Source of the DNA: a virus
Lineage: Duplodnaviria; Heunggongvirae; Uroviricota; Caudoviricetes
IMG/VR virus record: IMGVR_UViG_3300028952_000009
Strand: one strand, 5' to 3'
DNA: 8,388 nucleotides
Shown piece after piece: positions 5,079 through 8,388 of this stretch. The translations under genes were made by a program, and so were the position numbers. Position 1 is the stretch's first letter, and each line of letters opens with the position of its first letter. Below the pieces are notes generated by a model, which worked only from the letters and a program-made list of their open reading frames with translations, had not been told where the DNA came from and searched no databases.

Positions 5079-7854
5079 TTATCATCTTCGCGGGCGCATT
5101 CTGCAGGTGCCGTCGAACTATAACCCGCAGACGCGGCAATACAGCGGTATCTGGGACGGAACGTTTAAGCCGGCATACAGCAACAACCCGGCCTGGTGTC
5201 TGTGGGATATGCTGACCCACCCGCGCTACGGCATGGGGAAACGTCTTGGTGCGGCGGATGTGGATAAATGGGCGCTGTATGTCATCGGCCAGTACTGCGA
5301 CCAGTCAGTGCCGGACGGTTTTGGCGGCACGGAGCCGCGCATCACCTGTAATGCCTACCTGACCACGCAGCGTAAGGCGTGGGATGTGCTCAGTGATTTC
5401 TGCTCGGCGATGCGCTGTATGCCGGTATGGAACGGGCAGACGCTGACGTTCGTGCAGGACCGACCATCAGATAAGGTGTGGACCTATAACCGCAGTAATG
5501 TGGTGATGCCGGATGATGGCGCGCCGTTCCGCTACAGCTTCAGCGCCCTGAAGGACCGCCATAATGCCGTTGAGGTGAACTGGATTGACCCGAATAACGG
5601 CTGGGAGACGGCGACAGAGCTTGTTGAAGATACGCAGGCCATTCTCCGTTACGGTCGTAACGTCACGAAGATGGATGCCTTTGGCTGTACCAGCCGGGGG
5701 CAGGCACACCGCGCCGGGCTGTGGCTGATTAAAACGGAGCTGCTGGAAACGCAGACCGTGGACTTCAGCGTGGGTGCCGAAGGGCTTCGCCATGTACCGG
5801 GCGATGTCATTGAAATCTGCGATGATGACTATGCCGGTATCCGCACCGGCGGGCGCGTGCTGGCGGTAAACAGCCAGACCCGGACGCTGACGCTCGACCG
5901 TGAAATCACGCTGCCATCTTCCGGCACCACGCTGATAAGCCTGGTTGACGGGCAGGGGAGTCCGGTCAGCGTGGAGGTTCAGTCCGTCACCGACGGCGTG
6001 AAGGTGAAAGTGAGCCGTGTTCCTGACGGCGTTGCTGAATACAGCGTATGGGGGCTGAAGCTGCCGACGTTGCGCCAGCGCCTGTTCCGCTGCGTGAGTA
6101 TCCGTGAGAACGACGACGGCACGTATGCCATCACCGCCGTGCAGCATGTACCGGAAAAAGAGGCCATCGTGGATAACGGGGCGCACTTTGACGGCGACCA
6201 GAGCGGCACGGTAAATGGTGTCACGCCGCCAGCGGTGCAGCACCTGACCGCAGAAGTCACCGCAGACAGCGGGGAATACCAGGTGCTGGCCCGCTGGGAT
6301 ACGCCGAAGGTGGTGAAGGGCGTGAGCTTCCTGCTTCGCCTGACCGTGGCAGCGGATGACGGCCGTGAGCGACTGGTCAGCACGGCCCGGACGACGGAAA
6401 CCACTTACCGCTTCACACAACTGGCTCTGGGGAACTACAGGCTGACAGTCCGGGCAGTAAATGCGTGGGGGCAGCAGGGCGAGCCGGCGTCGGTATCGTT
6501 CCGGATTGCCGCACCGGCAGCGCCGTCGCAGATTGAGCTGACACCGGGGTATTTTCAGATAACCGCCACGCCGCATCTTGCGGTTTATGATCCGACGGTA
6601 CAGTTTGAGTTCTGGTTCTCGGAAAAGCGGATTGCGGATATCAGGCAGGTTGAAACCACAGCACGCTATCTTGGCACGGCGCTGTACTGGATAGCCGCCA
6701 GTATCAATATCAAACCGGGCCATGATTATTATTTTTACATCCGCAGTGTGAACACCGTTGGCAAATCGGCATTCGTGGAGGCTGTTGGCCAGCCGAGTGA
6801 TGATGCATCCGGCTATCTGAATTTTTTCAAAGGAGAGATAGGGAAAACCCATCTGGCTCAGGAGTTGTGGACGCAGATTGATAACGGTCAGCTTGCGCCT
6901 GACCTGGCGGAAATCAGAACGTCCATCACGGATGTCAGTAATGAAATCACGCAGACCGTCAATAAGAAACTGGAAGACCAGAGTGCGGCAATCCAGCAGA
7001 TACAGAAGGTTCAGGTTGATACAAATAATAACCTGAACAGCATGTGGGCTGTGAAGCTGCAGCAGATGCAGGACGGACGCCTTTATATCGCGGGTATTGG
7101 TGCCGGTATTGAGAATACCCCTGACGGTATGCAGAGTCAGGTGCTGCTGGCGGCGGACAGGATTGCGATGATTAATCCTGCGAATGGCAACACAAAGCCG
7201 ATGTTTGTTGGTCAGGGCGATCAGATATTCATGAACGAAGTGTTCCTGAAATATCTGACGGCTCCCACCATTACCAGCGGCGGTAATCCTCCGGCATTTT
7301 CCCTGACACCGGACGGGCGGCTGACGGCGAAAAATGCCGATATTAGCGGTAACGTGAATGCGAACTCCGGGACGCTCAACAACGTCACGATTAACGAGAA
7401 CTGCCGGGTTCTGGGAAAACTGTCCGCGAACCAGATTGAAGGCGATCTCGTTAAAACAGTGGGCAAAGCTTTCCCCCGGGACTCCCGTGCACCGGAGCGG
7501 TGGCCATCAGGGACCATTACCGTCAGGGTTTATGACGATCAGCCGTTTGACCGGCAAATTGTTATTCCGGCGGTGGCATTCAGTGGCGCTAAACATGAGC
7601 AAGATCATACTGATATCTACTCCTCATGCCGTCTGATAGTACGAAAAAACGGTGCTGAAATTTATAACCGAACGGCTCTGGATAATACGCTGATATATAC
7701 GGGTGTTATTGATATGCCTGCAGGCAGTGGTGTAATGACACTGGAATTTTCTGTATCGGCATGGCTGGTAAATGGCTGGTATCCCACAGCAAGTATCAGC
7801 GATTTGCTGGTTGTGGTGATGAAGAAAGCCACTGCAGGCATCATGATTAGCTGA
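5008..7854 (+). pseudogene. J: 5'-truncated tail-tip / host-specificity protein J (central fibre); about 948 codons open and in frame, but no native start or promoter
   Basis: From 5008 ([51 protein letters not shown]...) the frame matches recalled lambda J from roughly residue 185 onward and stays open to the stop at 7852-7854. A TGA at 5005-5007 sits just upstream in this frame. The track's 5032 start is a GTG inside J with no SD. The frame is +1 relative to Nu1, so no fusion protein is made. Confidence 0.85.
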
Positions 7855-7872
7855 ATTTTATAACCCATAACG

Positions 7873-7899
7873 GGCGTCAGAAATGACGCCTTTTTTATT
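7873..7899 (+). terminator. Rho-independent terminator immediately after J
   Basis: GGCGTCA (7873-7879), loop GAAA (7880-7883), TGACGCC (7884-7890), then TTTTTTATT (7891-7899). Confidence 0.7.
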
Positions 7900-7920
7900 G
7901 CAGAAAAGCGAGAGGTAATT

Positions 7921-8388
7921 ATGCGTAAACTTTATGCCGCCATTTTGTCCGTAGCCATTTGTCTGGCCGTATCCGGTGCGCCTGCATGGGCGTCTGAACA
8001 TCAGTCCACGCTGAGCGCGGGGTATCTTCATGCCTCGACGAACGTTCCCGGCAGCGATGATCTGAACGGGATTAACGTGAAATACCGTTATGAGTTTACG
8101 GACACGCTGGGGCTGGTGACGTCATTCAGTTATGCCAATGCCAAAGATGAGCAAAAAACGCATTACAGCGATACCCGCTGGCATGAAGATTCCGTGCGTA
8201 ACCGCTGGTTCAGCGTGATGGCGGGGCCGTCTGTGCGCGTGAATGAATGGTTCAGCGCGTATGCGATGGCGGGTATGGCTTACAGCCGTGTGTCGACCTT
8301 CTCCGGGGATTATCTCCGCGTAACTGACAACAAGGGGAAAACGCACGATGTGCTGACCGGAAGTGATGACGGTCGCCACAGCAACACG
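7921..8388 (+). CDS. lom: Lom outer membrane protein (Ail/Lom/OmpX family), 3' partial (first 156 codons; gene runs off the right edge)
   Basis: ATG at 7921 with GAGAGG/GAGG (about 7908-7914) upstream. Signal peptide MRKLYAAILSVAICLAVSGAPAWA followed by SEHQSTLSAGYLHASTN...; near-identical to recalled lambda Lom. Gene order J then lom as in lambda. Confidence 0.9.
   Translation, partial: MRKLYAAILSVAICLAVSGAPAWASEHQSTLSAGYLHASTNVPGSDDLNGINVKYRYEFTDTLGLVTSFSYANAKDEQKTHYSDTRWHEDSVRNRWFSVMAGPSVRVNEWFSAYAMAGMAYSRVSTFSGDYLRVTDNKGKTHDVLTGSDDGRHSNT

Noticed and set aside
5467-6852. 461-aa minus-strand ORF entirely inside the J remnant, with a nested 141-aa minus ORF at 5979-6404
   Set aside because: It is antisense to a strongly supported protein-coding frame in GC-rich DNA where stop codons are rare. 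The product is low-complexity and Arg/Ala/Pro-rich with no recognisable domain, and I see no RBS.
7221-7868. ORFs of 98, 92 and 68 aa inside the J remnant, and an 85-aa minus ORF inside lom (8122-8379)
   Set aside because: Alternative-frame artefacts within coding sequence; no start-site support.
1-8388. CRISPR arrays, rRNA genes, integrase or attachment sites
   Set aside because: No spaced direct repeats, no rRNA-like sequence, and no integrase ORF or att core recognisable in this window.

Overview
The window reads as the late/right-arm region of a defective lambdoid (DLP12-like) prophage in an E. coli-type chromosome. Every identification below comes from reading the sequence and the supplied ORF track against recalled phage lambda, phage 21, IS1 and E. 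coli K-12 sequences; no search was run. Left to right: the terminal 91 bp of an IS1 (1-91); a highly structured IpeX-like 3' UTR with an intrinsic terminator; an intact NmpC/Lc-type porin gene on the minus strand (393-1475); a 588-bp AT-rich divergent intergenic region; a phage-21-type lysis cassette (dual-start pinholin 2064-2279, SAR endolysin 2279-2776) joined to lambda-type Rz/Rz1 (2773-3234, 2993-3175); the Bor lipoprotein gene (3266-3559, minus); a small YlcI/DUF3950 gene (3920-4114, minus); a lambda-like cos site (cosN 4314-4325, cosB R-sites to about 4478); a Nu1-like small terminase gene (4503-5078) whose 3' end is fused by deletion, at about 5008-5011, to a 5'-truncated J tail-tip gene (to 7854); an intrinsic terminator (7873-7899); and the start of lom (7921 to window end). 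The whole head and tail morphogenesis block is missing while three outer-membrane morons (nmpC, bor, lom) and the lysis cassette are intact. I see no tRNA, rRNA or CRISPR array. Nothing here is clearly a novel system; the items most worth a second look are the deletion junction, the Ala at the expected catalytic Thr position of the endolysin, the IpeX-like region, and a conserved inverted repeat upstream of bor.
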